DNA of 64,000 nt from the NCBI GenBank assembly GCA_032718475.1, contig JAUCBJ010006359.1, forward strand, positions 1-64,000. Reading direction: 5' to 3'. Position numbers and translations under genes: made by a program. Shown here piece after piece: positions 10,754-25,542 of this stretch. Under the pieces are notes generated by a model. The model searched no databases. It saw only the letters and a program-made list of their open reading frames with translations, and was not told the DNA's origin. How positions within the stretch are numbered: the stretch's first letter is position 1; every line of letters starts with the position of its first letter. Source of the stretch: Nemertoderma westbladi (taxonomy: Eukaryota; Animalia; Xenacoelomorpha).

Positions 10754-10909
10754 CTGCAATACATGAAACACCTGGTTTATGGCTAAATCTTAAAAACAGT
10801 GTGATACCCGGTATTCCAACTGTGCCGAAATTTCGAGTAATTGAACATAATTTGACTGAAGGGGGGGGGGGGGGGGGGGGGGGCATTGCGAGTGTGACAG
10901 TTGATTACC

Positions 10910-13900
10910 TTGGTAACGTTGTACTGTACATTGTAAGGCACACTAACTCTGTATGGTATTGGTAACATTGTACTGTACATTGTAAGGCACACTAACTCTG
11001 TATGGTATTGGTAACATTGTACTGTACATTGTAAGGCACACTAACTCTGTATGGTATTGGTAACATTGTACTGTACATTGTAAGGCACACTAACTCTGTA
11101 TGGTATTGGTAACATTGTACTGTACATTGTAAGGCACACTAACTCTGTATGGTATTGGTAACATTGTACTGTACATTGTAAGGCACACTAACTCTGTATG
11201 GTATTGGTAACATTGTACTGTACATTGTAAGGCACACTAACTCTGTATGGTATTGGTAACATTGTACTGTACATTGTAAGGCACACTAACTCTGTATGGT
11301 ATTGGTAACATTGTACTAGGTACACTAACTCTGTATGGTATTGGTAACATTGTACTGTACATTGTAAGGCACACTAACTCTGTATGGTATTGGTAACATT
11401 GTACTGTACATTGTAAGGCACACTAACTCTGTATGGTATTGGTAACATTGTACTGTACAGGTACACTAACTCTGTATGGTATTGGTAACATTGTACTGTA
11501 CACTAACTCTGTATGGTATTGGTAACATTGTACTGTACATTGTAAGGCACACTAACTCTGTATGGTATTGGTAACATTGTACTGTACATTGTAAGGCACA
11601 CTAACTCTGTATGGTATTGGTAACATTGTACTGTACATTGTAAGGCACACTAACTCTGTATGGTATTGGTAACATTGTACTGTACATTGTAAGGTACACT
11701 AACTCTGTATGGTATTGGTAACATTGTACTGTACACTAACTCTGTATGGTATTGGTAACATTGTACTGTACATTGTAAGGCACACTAACTCTGTATGGTA
11801 TTGGTAACATTGTACTGTACATTGTAAGGCACACTAACTCTGTATGGTATTGGTAACATTGTACTGTACACTAACTCTGTATGGTATTGGTAACATTGTA
11901 CTGTACATTGTAAGGCACACTAACTCTGTATGGTATTGGTAACATTGTACTGTACATTGTAAGGCACACTAACTCTGTATGGTATTGGTAACATTGTACT
12001 GTACATTGTAAGGCACACTAACTCTGTATGGTATTGGTAACATTGTACTGTACATTGTAAGACACTAACTCTGTATGGTATTGGTAACATTGTACTGTAC
12101 ATTGTAAGGACACTAACTCTGTATGGTATTGGTAACATTGTACTGTACATTGTAAGGCACACTAACTCTGTATGGTATTGGTAACATTGTACTGTAGGTA
12201 CACTAACTCTGTATGGTATTGGTAACATTGTACTGTACATTGTAAGGCACACTAACTCTGTATGGTATTGGTAACATTGTACTGTACATTGTAAGGACAC
12301 TAACTCTGTATGGTATTGGTAACATTGTACTGTACATTGTAAGGCACACTAACTCTGTATGGTATTGGTAACATTGTACTGTACATTGTAAGGCACACTA
12401 ACTCTGTATGGTATTGGTAACATTGTACTGTACATTGTAAGGCACACTAACTCTGTATGGTATTGGTAACATTGTACTGTACACTAACTCTGTATGGTAT
12501 TGGTAACATTGTACTGTACATTGTAAGGCACACTAACTCTGTATGGTATTGGTAACATTGTACTGTACACTAACTCTGTATGGTATTGGTAACATTGTAC
12601 TGTACATTGTAAGGCACACTAACTCTGTATGGTATTGGTAACATTGTACTGTACATTGTAAGGCACACTAACTCTGTATGGTATTGGTAACATTGTACTG
12701 TACACTAACTCTGTATGGTATTGGTAACATTGTACTGTACATTGTAAGGCACACTAACTCTGTATGGTATTGGTAACATTGTACTGTACATTGTAAGGCA
12801 CACTAACTCTGTATGGTATTGGTAACATTGTACTGTACATTGTAAGGTACACTAACTCTGTATGGTATTGGTAACATTGTACTGTACACTAACTCTGTAT
12901 GGTATTGGTAACATTGTACTGTACATTGTAAGGACACTAACTCTGTATGGTATTGGTAACATTGTACTGTACATTGTAAGGCACACTAACTCTGTATGGT
13001 ATTGGTAACATTGTACTGTACACTAACTCTGTATGGTATTGGTAACATTGTACTGTACATTGTAAGGTACACTAACTCTGTATGGTATTGGTAACATTGT
13101 ACTGTACACTAACTCTGTATGGTATTGGTAACATTGTACTGTACATTGTAAGGCACACTAACTCTGTATGGTATTGGTAACATTGTACTGTACATTGTAA
13201 GGTACACTAACTCTGTATGGTATTGGTAACATTGTACTGTACATTGTAAGGACACTAACTCTGTATGGTATTGGTAACATTGTACTGTACACTAACTCTG
13301 TATGGTATTGGTAACATTGTACTGTACATTGTAAGGTACACTAACTCTGTATGGTATTGGTAACATTGTACTGTACATTGTAAGGCACACTAACTCTGTA
13401 TGGTATTGGTAACATTGTACTGTACACTAACTCTGTATGGTATTGGTAACATTGTACTGTACACTAACTCTGTATGGTATTGGTAACATTGTACTGTACA
13501 CTAACTCTGTATGGTATTGGTAACATTGTACTGTACATTGTAAGGCACACTAACTCTGTATGGTATTGGTAACATTGTACTGTACATTGTAAGGCACACT
13601 AACTCTGTATGGTATTGGTAACATTGTACTGTACATTGTAAGGCACACTAACTCTGTATGGTATTGGTAACATTGTACTGTACATTGTAAGGCACACTAA
13701 CTCTGTATGGTATTGGTAACATTGTACTGTACATTGTAAGGTACACTAACTCTGTATGGTATTGGTAACATTGTAAGGCACACTAACTCTGTATGGTATT
13801 GGTAACATTGTACTGTACACTAACTCTGTATGGTATTGGTAACATTGTACTGTACATTGTAAGGTACACTAACTCTGTATGGTATTGGTAACATTGTACT

Positions 13901-16900
13901 GTACATTGTAAGGTACACTAACTCTGTATGGTATTGGTAACATTGTACTGTACATTGTAAGGCACACTAACTCTGTATGGTATTGGTAACATTGTACTGT
14001 ACACTAACTCTGTATGGTATTGGTAACATTGTACTGTACACTAACTCTGTATGGTATTGGTAACATTGTACTGTACATTGTAAGGTACACTAACTCTGTA
14101 TGGTATTGGTAACATTGTACTGTACATTGTAAGGCACACTAACTCTGTATGGTATTGGTAACATTGTAAAGTACACTAAATCTGTATGGTATTGGTAACA
14201 TTGTACTGTACATTGTAAGGCACACTAACTCTGTATGGTATTGGTAACATTGTACTGTACACTAACTCTGTATGGTATTGGTAACATTGTACTGTACATT
14301 GTAAGGTACACTAACTCTGTATGGTATTGGTAACATTGTACTGTACACTAACTCTGTATGGTATTGGTAACATTGTACTGTACATTGTAAGGCACACTAA
14401 CTCTGTATGGTATTGGTAACATTGTACTGTACATTGTAAGGTACACTAACTCTGTATGGTATTGGTAACATTGTAAGGTACACTAACTCTGTATGGTATT
14501 GGTAACATTGTACTGTACACTAACTCTGTATGGTATTGGTAACATTGTACTGTACATTGTAAGGTACACTAACTCTGTATGGTATTGGTAACATTGTACT
14601 GTACATTGTAAGGCACACTAACTCTGTATGGTATTGGTAACATTGTACTGTACATTGTAAGGTACACTAACTCTGTATGGTATTGGTAACATTGTACTGT
14701 ACACTAACTTTTTTTTTTTTTTTACTCAAAAGCCTCCATATATTATAATATTAACAAACAATAATTCGAATATAAAAACGCACCAAAACAAGTACAAATA
14801 TAACCCACCACCAGCTGATTCAAACTGTTACCTAGCAACAATACAAATTGGTTCAGTACCCATCACCAGTCTGCCACTCTGCCACTGCCAGTACCCAACA
14901 AACCCGCCAGACCTCTAACTTCTAAGCCGTCCCGGGGTCCGAGTCCGCGTTCGCCCACACAATGGACGCGTCCGCCACCGCTGCCCGCACCGGTCTTCTA
15001 GCGGCCGACCGAAACCCACGGAGGCACATCAGGGACGACCGGAGTAAGGCAAAGTTGATGCGTCGCCGCACCCACGCTACCGACTCCGGGTAGGGAACCC
15101 GTCGTTTCTCCGACAGCCTCAATGCCAGCCGCTTCACAAACTGCTTCGCAGCCGGCGCCATGCCCCCGAAAGCGGAAAATATGAGGGGGGTGAAGGTTGA
15201 GTGCTCAACCTCACGGATCCGCTCCTCGTATCTCCGGATCTTCCTCGCCTCGTGATGGAGGTGGGCGGCGTCCAGCGACATCGCTGCGTTGGTGTCCGCC
15301 AGCGGGTTGAACACCGACACGTCGATAAACATCTTCTGGAAGCGGTTGCCCCAGAATCCGCTGACATTGTACTGTACACTAACTCTGTATGGTATTGGTA
15401 ACATTGTACTGTACATTGTAAGGCACACTAACTCTGTATGGTATTGGTAACATTGTACTGTACATTGTAAGGTACACTAACTCTGTATGGTATTGGTAAC
15501 ATTGTACTGTACATTGTAAGGCACACTAACTCTGTATGGTATTGGTAACATTGTACTGTACATTGTAAGGCACACTAACTCTGTATGGTATTGGTAACAT
15601 TGTACTGTACACTAACTCTGTATGGTATTGGTAACATTGTACTGTACATTGTAAGGTACACTAACTCTGTATGGTATTGGTAACATTGTACTGTACATTG
15701 TAAGGCACACTAACTCTGTATGGTATTGGTAACATTGTACTGTACACTAACTCTGTATGGTATTCGTAACATTGTACTGTACATTGTAAGGCACACTAAC
15801 TCTGTATGGTATTGGTAACATTGTACTGTACATTGTAAGGCACACTAACTCTGTATGGTATTGGTAACATTGTACTGTACACTAACTCTGTATGGTATTG
15901 GTAACATTGTACTGTACATTGTAAGGCACACTAACTCTGTATGGTATTGGTAACATTGTACTGTACATTGTAAGGCACACTAACTCTGTATGGTATTGGT
16001 AACATTGTACTGTACACTAACTCTGTATGGTATTGGTAACATTGTACTGTACATTGTAAGGCACACTAACTCTGTATGGTATTGGTAACATTGTACTGTA
16101 CACTAACTCTGTATGGTATTGGTAACATTGTACTGTACATTGTAAGGCACACTAACTCTGTATGGTATTGGTAACATTGTACTGTACACTAACTCTGTAT
16201 GGTATTGGTAACATTGTACTGTACATTGTAAGGCACACTAACTCTGTATGGTATTGGTAACATTGTACTGTACATTGTAAGGCACACTAACTCTGTATGG
16301 TATTGGTAACATTGTACTGTACATTGTAAGGCACACTAACTCTGTATGGTATTGGTAACATTGTACTGTACACTAACTCTGTATGGTATTGGTAACATTG
16401 TACTGTACACTAACTCTGTATGGTATTGGTAACATTGTACTGTACACTAACTCTGTATGGTATTGGTAACATTGTACTGTACACTAACTCTGTATGGTAT
16501 TGGTAACATTGTACTGTACATTGTAAGGCACACTAACTCTGTATGGTATTGGTAACATTGTACTGTACACTAACTCTGTATGGTATTGGTAACATTGTAC
16601 TGTACATTGTAAGGCACACTAACTCTGTATGGTATTGGTAACATTGTACTGTACACTAACTCTGTATGGTATTGGTAACATTGTACTGTACACTAACTCT
16701 GTATGGTATTGGTAACATTGTACTGTACACTAACTCTGTATGGTATTGGTAACATTGTACTGTACACTAACTCTGTATGGTATTGGTAACATTGTACTGT
16801 ACATTGTAAGGCACACTAACTCTGTATGGTATTGGTAACATTGTACTGTACACTAACTCTGTATGGTATTGGTAACATTGTACTGTACATTGTAAGGCAC

Positions 16901-19900
16901 ACTAACTCTGTATGGTATTGGTAACATTGTACTGTACACTAACTCTGTATGGTATTGGTAACATTGTACTGTACATTGTAAGGCACACTAACTCTGTATG
17001 GTATTGGTAACATTGTACTGTACACTAACTCTGTATGGTATTGGTAACATTGTACTGTACACTAACTCTGTATGGTATTGGTAACATTGTACTGTACACT
17101 AACTCTGTATGGTATTGGTAACATTGTACTGTACACTAACTCTGTATGGTATTGGTAACATTGTACTGTACACTAACTCTGTATGGTATTGGTAACATTG
17201 TACTGTACACTAACTCTGTATGGTATTGGTAACATTGTACTGTACATTGTAAGGCACACTAACTCTGTATGGTATTGGTAACATTGTACTGTACACTAAC
17301 TCTGTATGGTATTGGTAACATTGTACTGTACATTGTAAGGCACACTAACTCTGTATGGTATTGGTAACATTGTACTGTACACTAACTCTGTATGGTATTG
17401 GTAACATTGTACTGTACATTGTAAGGCACACTAACTCTGTATGGTATTGGTAACATTGTACTGTACACTAACTCTGTATGGTATTGGTAACATTGTACTG
17501 TACATTGTAAGGCACACTAACTCTGTATGGTATTGGTAACATTGTACTGTACATTGTAAGGCACACTAACTCTGTATGGTATTGGTAACATTGTAAGGCA
17601 CACTAACTCTGTATGGTATTGGTAACATTGTACTGTACACTAACTCTGTATGGTATTGGTAACATTGTACTGTACATTGTAAGGCACACTAACTCTGTAT
17701 GGTATTGGTAACATTGTACTGTACATTGTAAGGTACACTAACTCTGTATGGTATTGGTAACATTGTAAGGTACACTAACTCTGTATGGTATTGGTAACAT
17801 TGTACTGTACATTGTAAGGCACACTAACTCTGTATGGTATTGGTAACATTGTACTGTACATTGTAAGGCACACTAACTCTGTATGGTATTGGTGACATTG
17901 TACTGTACATTGTAAGGTACACTAACTCTGTATGGTATTGGTAACATTGTAAGGTACACTAACTCTGTATGGTATTGGTAACATTGTACTGTACATTGTA
18001 AGGCACACTAACTCTGTATGGTATTGGTAACATTGTACTGTACACTAACTCTGTATGGTATTGGTAACATTGTACTGTACATTGTAAGGCACACTAACTC
18101 TGTATGGTATTGGTAACATTGTACTGTACACTAACTCTGTATGGTATTGGTAACATTGTACTGTACATTGTAAGGCACACTAACTCTGTATGGTATTGGT
18201 AACATTGTACTGTACACTAACTCTGTATGGTATTGGTAACATTGTACTGTACATTGTAAGGCACACTAACTCTGTATGGTATTGGTAACATTGTACTGTA
18301 CATTGTAAGGCACACTAACTCTGTATGGTATTGGTAACATTGTACTGTACATTGTAAGGCACACTAACTCTGTATGGTATTGGTAACATTGTACTGTACA
18401 CTAACTCTGTATGGTATTGGTAACATTGTACTGTAAACTAACTCTGTATGGTATTGGTAACATTGTACTGTACACTAACTCTGTATGGTATTGGTAACAT
18501 TGTACTGTACACTAACTCTGTATGGTATTGGTAACATTGTACTGTACATTGTAAGGCACACTAACTCTGTATGGTATTGGTAACATTGTACTGTACACTA
18601 ACTCTGTATGGTATTGGTAACATTGTACTGTACATTGTAAGGCACACTAACTCTGTATGGTATTGGTAACATTGTACTGTACACTAACTCTGTATGGTAT
18701 TGGTAACATTGTACTGTACACTAACTCTGTATGGTATTGGTAACATTGTACTGTACACTAACTCTGTATGGTATTGGTAACATTGTACTGTACACTAACT
18801 CTGTATGGTATTGGTAACATTGTACTGTACACTAACTCTGTATGGTATTGGTAACATTGTACTGTACACTAACTCTGTATGGTATTGGTAACATTGTACT
18901 GTACACTAACTCTGTATGGTATTGGTAACATTGTACTGTACATTGTAAGGCACACTAACTCTGTATGGTATTGGTAACATTGTACTGTACACTAACTCTG
19001 TATGGTATTGGTAACATTGTACTGTACATTGTAAGGCACACTAACTCTGTATGGTATTGGTAACATTGTACTGTACACTAACTCTGTATGGTATTGGTAA
19101 CATTGTACTGTACATTGTAAGGCACACTAACTCTGTATGGTATTGGTAACATTGTACTGTACACTAACTCTGTATGGTATTGGTAACATTGTACTGTACA
19201 TTGTAAGGCACACTAACTCTGTATGGTATTGGTAACATTGTACTGTACATTGTAAGGCACACTAACTCTGTATGGTATTGGTAACATTGTAAGGCACACT
19301 AACTCTGTATGGTATTGGTAACATTGTACTGTACACTAACTCTGTATGGTATTGGTAACATTGTACTGTACATTGTAAGGCACACTAACTCTGTATGGTA
19401 TTGGTAACATTGTACTGTACATTGTAAGGTACACTAACTCTGTATGGTATTGGTAACATTGTAAGGTACACTAACTCTGTATGGTATTGGTAACATTGTA
19501 CTGTACATTGTAAGGCACACTAACTCTGTATGGTATTGGTAACATTGTACTGTACATTGTAAGGCACACTAACTCTGTATGGTATTGGTGACATTGTACT
19601 GTACATTGTAAGGTACACTAACTCTGTATGGTATTGGTAACATTGTAAGGTACACTAACTCTGTATGGTATTGGTAACATTGTACTGTACATTGTAAGGC
19701 ACACTAACTCTGTATGGTATTGGTAACATTGTACTGTGCACTAACTCTGTATGGTATTGGTAACATTGTACTGTACATTGTGAGGCACACTAACTCTGTA
19801 TGGTATTGGTAACATTGTACTGTACACTAACTCTGTATGGTATTGGTAACATTGTACTGTACATTGTAAGGCACACTAACTCTGTATGGTATTGGTAACA

Positions 19901-22900
19901 TTGTAAGGTACACTAACTCTGTATGGTATTGGTAACATTGTACTGTACATTGTAAGGCACACTAACTCTGTATGGTATTGGTAACATTGTACTGTACATT
20001 GTAAGGCACACTAACTCTGTATGGTATTGGTAACATTGTACTGTACACTAACTCTGTATGGTATTGGTAACATTGTACTGTACATTGTAAGGTACACTAA
20101 CTCTGTATGGTATTGGTAACATTGTACTGTACATTGTAAGGCACACTAACTCTGTATGGTATTGGTAACATTGTACTGTACACTAACTCTGTATGGTATT
20201 GGTAACATTGTACTGTACATTGTAAGGCACACTAACTCTGTATGGTATTGGTAACATTGTACTGTACATTGTAAGGTACACTAACTCTGTATGGTATTGG
20301 TAACATTGTAAGGTACACTAACTCTGTATGGTATTGGTAACATTGTACTGTACATTGTAAGGCACACTAACTCTGTATGGTATTGGTAACATTGTACTGT
20401 ACATTGTAAGGCACACTAACTCTGTATGGTATTGGTAACATTGTACTGTACATTGTAAGGTACACTAACTCTGTATGGTATTGGTAACATTGTAAGGTAC
20501 ACTAACTCTGTATGGTATTGGTAACATTGTACTGTACATTGTAAGGCACACTAACTCTGTATGGTATTGGTAACATTGTACTGTACACTAACTCTGTATG
20601 GTATTGGTAACATTGTACTGTACATTGTAAGGCACACTAACTCTGTATGGTATTGGTAACATTGTACTGTACACTAACTCTGTATGGTATTGGTAACATT
20701 GTACTGTACATTGTAAGGCACACTAACTCTGTATGGTATTGGTAACATTGTAAGGTACACTAACTCTGTATGGTATTGGTAACATTGTACTGTACATTGT
20801 AAGGCACACTAACTCTGTATGGTATTGGTAACATTGTACTGTACATTGTAAGGCACACTAACTCTGTATGGTATTGGTAACATTGTACTGTACACTAACT
20901 CTGTATGGTATTGGTAACATTGTACTGTACATTGTAAGGTACACTAACTCTGTATGGTATTGGTAACATTGTACTGTACATTGTAAGGCACACAAACTCT
21001 GTATGGTATTGGTAACATTGTACTGTACACTAACTCTGTATGGTATTGGTAACATTGTACTGTACATTGTAAGGTACACTAACTCTGTATGGTATTGGTA
21101 ACATTGTACTGTACATTGTAAGGCACACTAACTCTGTATGGTATTGGTAACATTGTACTGTACACTAACTCTGTATGGTATTGGTAACATTGTACTGTAC
21201 ATTGTAAGGTACACTAACTCTGTATGGTATTGGTAACATTGTACTGTACATTGTAAGGTACACTAACTCTGTATGGTATTGGTAACATTGTACTGTACAC
21301 TAACTCTGTATGGTATTGGTAACATTGTACTGTACACTAACTCTGTATGGTATTGGTAACATTGTACTGTACATTGTAAGGCACACTAACTCTGTATGGT
21401 ATTGGTAACATTGTACTGTACACTAACTCTGTATGGTATTGGTAACATTGTACTGTACATTGTAAGGCACACTAAGTCTGTATGGTATTGGTAACATTGT
21501 ACTGTACACTAACTCTGTATGGTATTGGTAACATTGTACTGTACACTAACTCTGTATGGTATTGGTAACATTGTACTGTACACTAACTCTGTATGGTATT
21601 GGTAACATTGTACTGTACATTGTAAGGTACACTAACTCTGTATGGTATTGGTAACATTGTACTGTACATTGTAAGGCACACTAACTCTGTATTGTATTGG
21701 TAACATTGTACTGTACACTAACTCTGTATGGTATTGGTAACATTGTACTGTACATTGTAAGGTACACTAACTCTGTATGGTATTGGTAACATTGTACTGT
21801 ACACTAACTCTGTATGGTATTGGTAACATTGTACTGTACATTGTAAGGCACACTAACTCTGTATGGTATTGGTAACATTGTATTGTACACTAACTCTGTA
21901 TGGTATTGGTAACATTGTACTGTACATTGTAAGGCACACTAACTCTGTATGGTATTGGTAACATTGTACTGTACACTAACTCTGTATGGTATTGGTAACA
22001 TTGTACTGTACACTAACTCTGTATGGTATTGGTAACATTGTACTGTACACTAACTCTGTATGGTATTGGTAACATTGTACTGTACACTAACTCTGTATGG
22101 TACTGGTAACATTGTACTGTACATTGTAAGGTACACTAACTCTGTATGGTATTGGTAACATTGTACTGTACATTGTAAGGTACACTAACTCTGTATGGTA
22201 TTGGTAACATTATACTGTACATTGTAAGGCACACTAACTCTGTATGGTATTGGTAACATTGTACTGTACATTGTAAGGTACACTAACTCTGTATGGTATT
22301 GGTAACATTGTAAGGTACACTAACTCTGTATGGTATTGGTAACATTGTACTGTACACTAACTCTGTATGGTATTGGTAACATTGTACTGTACATTGTAAG
22401 GCACACTAACTCTGTATGGTATTGGTAACATTGTACTGTACATTGTAAGGCACACTAACTCTGTATGGTATTGGTAACATTGTACTGTACATTGTAAGGT
22501 ACACTAACTCTGTATGGTATTGGTAACATTGTACTGTACATTGTAAGGTACACTAACTCTGTATGGTATTGGTAACATTGTACTGTACATTGTAAGGCAC
22601 ACTAACTCTGTATGGTATTGGTAACATTGTACTGTACACTAACTCTGTATGGTATTGGTAACATTGTACTGTACATTGTAAGGTACACTAACTCTGTATG
22701 GTATTGGTAACATTGTACTGTACATTGTAAGGCACACTAACTCTGTATGGTATTGGTAACATTGTAAGGCACACTAACTCTGTATGGTATTGGTAACATT
22801 GTAAGGCACACTAACTCTGTATGGTACTGGTAACATTGTACTGTACATTGTAAGGCACACTAACTCTGTATGGTATTGGTAACATTGTACTGTACATTGT

Positions 22901-24543
22901 AAGGCACACTAACTCTGTATGGTATTGGTAACATTGTACTGTACACTAACTCTGTATGGTATTGGTAACATTGTACTGTACATTGTAAGGCACACTAACT
23001 CTGTTGGTATTGGTAACATTGTACTGTACATTGTAAGGCACACTAACTCTGTATGGTATTGGTAACATTGTACTGTACATTGTAAGGCACACTAACTCTG
23101 TATGGTATTGGCAACATTGTACTGTACACTAACTCTGTATGGTATTGGTAGCATTGTACTGTACACTAACTCTGTATGGTATTGGTAGCATTGTACTGTA
23201 CACTAACTCTGTATGGTATTGGTAGCATTGTACTGTACATTATAAGGCACACTAACTCTGTATGGTATTGGTAACATTGTACTGTACATTGTACTGTACA
23301 TTGTAAGGCACACTAACTCTGTATGGTATTGGTAACATTGTATTGTACATTGTACTGTACATTGTAAGGCACACTAACTCTGTATGGTATTGGTAGCATT
23401 GTACTGTACATTGTAAGGCACACTAACTCTGTATGGTATTGGTAGCATTGTACTGTACACTAACTCTGTATGGTATTGGTAGCATTGTACTGTACATTAT
23501 AAGGCACACTAACTCTGTATGGTATTGGTAACATTGTACTGTACATTGTACTGTACATTGTAAGGCACACTAACTCTGTATGGTATTGGTAACATTGTAT
23601 TGTACATTGTACTGTACATTGTAAGGCACACTAACTCTGTATGGTATTGGTAGCATTGTACTGTACATTGTAAGGTACACTAACTCTGTATGGTATTGGT
23701 AACATTATAAGGCACACTAACTCTGTATGGTATTGGTAGCATTGTACTGTACACTAACTCTGTATGGTATTGGTAGCATTGTACTGTACACTAACTCTGT
23801 ATGGTATTGGTAGCATTGTACTGTACACTAACTCTGTATGGTATTGGTAACATTGTACTGTACATTGTAAGGCACACTAACTCTGTATGGTATTGGTAAC
23901 ATTGTACTGTACACTAACTCTGTATGGTATTGGTAGCATTGTACTGTACACTAACTCTGTATGGTATTGGTAGCATTGTACTGTACACTAACTCTGTATG
24001 GTATTGGTAGCATTGTACTGTACATTATAAGGCACACTAACTCTGTATGGTATTGGTAACATTGTATTGTACATTGTACTGTACATTGTAAGGCACACTA
24101 ACTCTGTATGGTATTGGTAGCATTGTACTGTACACTAACTCTGTATGGTATTGGTAGCATTGTACTGTACATTATAAGGCACACTAACTCTGTATGGTAT
24201 TGGTAACATTGTACTGTACACTAACTCTGTATGGTATTGGTAACATTGTACTGTACACTAACTCTGTATGGTATTGGTAACATTATAAGGCACACTAACT
24301 CTGTATGGTATTGGTAGCATTGTACTGTACACTAACTCTGTATGGTATTGGTAACATTGTACTGTACATTGTAAGGCACACTAACTCTGTATGGTATTGG
24401 TAACATTGTACTGTACATTGTAAGGCACACTAACTCTGTATGGTATTGGTAACATTGTACTGTACATTGTACTGTACACTAACTCGGTATGGTATTGGTA
24501 ACATTGTACTGTACACTAACTCTGTATGGTATTGGTAACATTG
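10910..24543. repeat. 49/37-bp satellite derived from an exon-intron junction
   Basis: Long unit aactctgtatggtattggtaacattgtactgtacattgtaaggcacact (49 bp), with 37-bp variants lacking 12 bp. Roughly 300 units by length; the last unit overlaps the exon at 24521-24543. Confidence 0.97.
14709..15363 (-). mobile_element. 5'-truncated CRE-clade (restriction-like endonuclease) non-LTR retrotransposon
   Basis: GC-rich ORF end GFW...FIDVSVFNP...HEARKIRRYEERIREVEHSTFTPLIFSAFGGM...WVRRRINFALLRS...CLRG, stop at 14922, 3' UTR and poly(A) (T run 14709-14723). A ~20-bp duplication acattgtactgtacactaac flanks it at 14689-14708 and 15364-15383. Confidence 0.85.
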
Positions 24544-24704
24544 CTGCTCTTCGCTGTTATAATCCTAAATGAAGGTACTTCGGTTGTCGGATACCCAACA
24601 GGTAATGTGACTTTTATTTGACAGCGAATTTGTTCCCCGGGATTACTGGGACTCTCCGGGGTTGCAAGTAATGTCAGAACACAGGTCCGATCTGCCACGT
24701 CCGT
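24521..24704 (-). CDS. WDR59: WDR59-like exon (RWD domain core)
   Basis: tttcag|ACG...CAG A|gttagt, 184 nt. TDVADRTC...IKVTLPVGYPTTEVPSFRII matches recalled MDAADRSC...MLVKFPAQYPNNAAPSFQFI and the RWD YPxxxP motif. Confidence 0.9.
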
Positions 24705-25335
24705 CTGAAACGAAAACAATATCAGACTGTCAAACACAAATAAAAATAAAAGGTTCCCTTACAAATAGTAAATACGATGTATTTTTCTTGAAAGTTAATA
24801 ACACCCGCAGGCTGCACTACGTGAGTAATCTATTTTACTTGGGTTGACTTCGCATGGGATTGTTCATATCCATTTCATATATGAAGTTAAATATGTTAAA
24901 TTTGTTTTGTAAGTCCCTTTTTTCCCCTTTTTTTGTCAAATTCGTTAACAAATTTGACAATAAAGACTTTTTTGTCAACAAAAAAAGTAATATTCGAATT
25001 AAATGTTAAAGTAATTTCCATGACATTAATTATAATATTGCATTTAAATAGATAGCGCTGATGGTATCTACAGATTATTTAATATTCTAGAATATATTAT
25101 TAATTATTATTATTATATATTATTAATAGCAATATTATTATTGTTGTAATGGAAAATATTTTGAAATTTAATTCGAAAATTACTTTTTTATTGACAAAAA
25201 AAGTGTCAGTAGCGGTATTTCAAACAAATTATAACAAATTTCAGTAGCGGTATTCCAGTCACTTGTTTTACATGCCTTGTCTTTCATGCCTCGTACGTTG
25301 AAGTGAGTTGTATCTTTATGCTCTCTTGTACTAAC

Positions 25336-25433
25336 CGAATCTATTACAATGTTGTTCTTTTGGGAGCCCAGCAGAGTTAATTCGGAAAATTCGTCATCAA
25401 GAAATTGGTCTCGAATCTTCACTGTAGGCGTAT
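25336..25433 (-). CDS. WDR59: WDR59-like exon (start of RWD domain)
   Basis: gctacag|AT...TCG|gttagt, 98 nt, phase 1-0. FLDDEFSELTL...NIVID resembles recalled TLQQEFSLIN...NVNVE. Confidence 0.8.
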
Positions 25434-25542
25434 CTGTAGCAAAATGTGATAGGAAATGGCAATGGAATATATGATAGTAATAGTCGTTAGACAAAAATTA
25501 AAACATGGATTTCCCGTGTAAGAATCAACAATGTCAAGTTAG

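Noticed and set aside
10910-24543. CRISPR array or spliced-leader RNA gene array
   Set aside because: No unique spacers or cas genes, and the context is eukaryotic. The units are too short for SL RNA genes and lack an Sm site.
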